NCBI GenBank assembly: GCA_000004695.1
Contig: CM000152.2
Coordinates: 320,001 to 384,000 of the forward strand
Direction: 5' to 3'
From: Dictyostelium discoideum
Taxonomy: Eukaryota
DNA: 64,000 nucleotides
Shown: in pieces, positions 63,770 to 64,000 of the stretch
Numbering within the stretch: position 1 is the first letter of the stretch
How the letters are laid out: every line of letters begins with the position of its first letter
Notes under the pieces: model-generated
The model's input: the letters and a program-made list of their open reading frames with translations, nothing else
Databases searched by the model: none
Told to the model about the DNA's origin: nothing
Translations under genes and position numbers: made by a program

Positions 63770-64000
63770 TAATGACTGGTGATTAAAGAAATTGTGGTAA
63801 CAAAACAACACCAAAAGAAAAGTTAGTCAACTAAAGTTGAACAAAATCTTTAACAATAAATTCATAGGGATTGGTAGTTTGAAAAACTTATTTTTTTTTT
63901 TAAGATATTTCAAAAGTTTGCAGTGCTTTCAGTGAAATTATAATAACAAATTTGATTTGGTAATCAAAAAATCAAAAAAAAAAAAAAAGGAAAAAAAAAA

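Noticed and set aside
63460-63814. Overlapping poly-Phe/Leu and poly-Asn ORFs after the PTP gene
   Set aside because: Minus-strand reading of A-rich 3' flank and (ATT)n microsatellite

Overview
The window is almost certainly Dictyostelium discoideum nuclear DNA, so all features are interpreted under eukaryotic rules. The evidence is about 78% AT, intergenic poly-A/poly-T deserts, (AAT)n/(CAA)n-encoded poly-Asn/poly-Gln tracts inside ORFs, and short 70-230 bp AT-rich introns with GTAAGT/GTATGT donors and AG acceptors. Nothing prokaryotic (CRISPR, operons) applies. Many 'M' starts in the supplied ORF track are TTG/GTG artefacts; I re-derived gene models by hand from splice signals.

About 21 genes are supportable, in window order:
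- a hypothetical protein (12-1112)
- a ~1470-aa poly-N/poly-Q protein in 2 exons
- a small intron-containing CCHC zinc-knuckle gene (6427-6761)
- an RCC1-repeat / ankyrin / TIR-like protein
- uracil-DNA glycosylase
- a RasGEF (REM + CDC25 domains) with extra 5' exons
- a small metallothionein-like Cys-rich gene whose intron starts directly after the ATG
- a tandem array of four RING-TRAF-MATH paralogs: one intact, one frameshifted, one shattered with an internal 40-bp-arm palindrome, one truncated to a RING-only stub. A 55-65 bp minisatellite sits in the 5' flank.
- vps11
- a CLU-domain + cysteine-containing-LRR fusion protein with two apparent +1 frameshifts
- an FGD-like DH-PH-FYVE RhoGEF behind a CA-rich G-box-like promoter
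- a secreted cbEGF-repeat / TIG-like type I membrane protein
- a PMCA-type Ca2+-ATPase, 1115 aa, consistent with patA
- a RING E3-like N-rich protein with a G-depleted A/C/T compound microsatellite that codes in three frames
- a class I SAM methyltransferase
- EMC3
- maleylacetoacetate isomerase / GST-zeta
- SDHD
- a base-exchange phosphatidylserine synthase
- a 377-aa non-receptor tyrosine phosphatase, probably ptpB.

The most interesting signals:
- the immune-type domain content: a TIR-like fusion protein plus a dynamically rearranging TRAF array
- two previously unlisted small genes (metallothionein-like, zinc-knuckle)
- segmental-duplication breakpoints
- several apparent frameshifts in otherwise well-conserved genes
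- long hairpin elements in a 3.1-kb divergent intergenic region.
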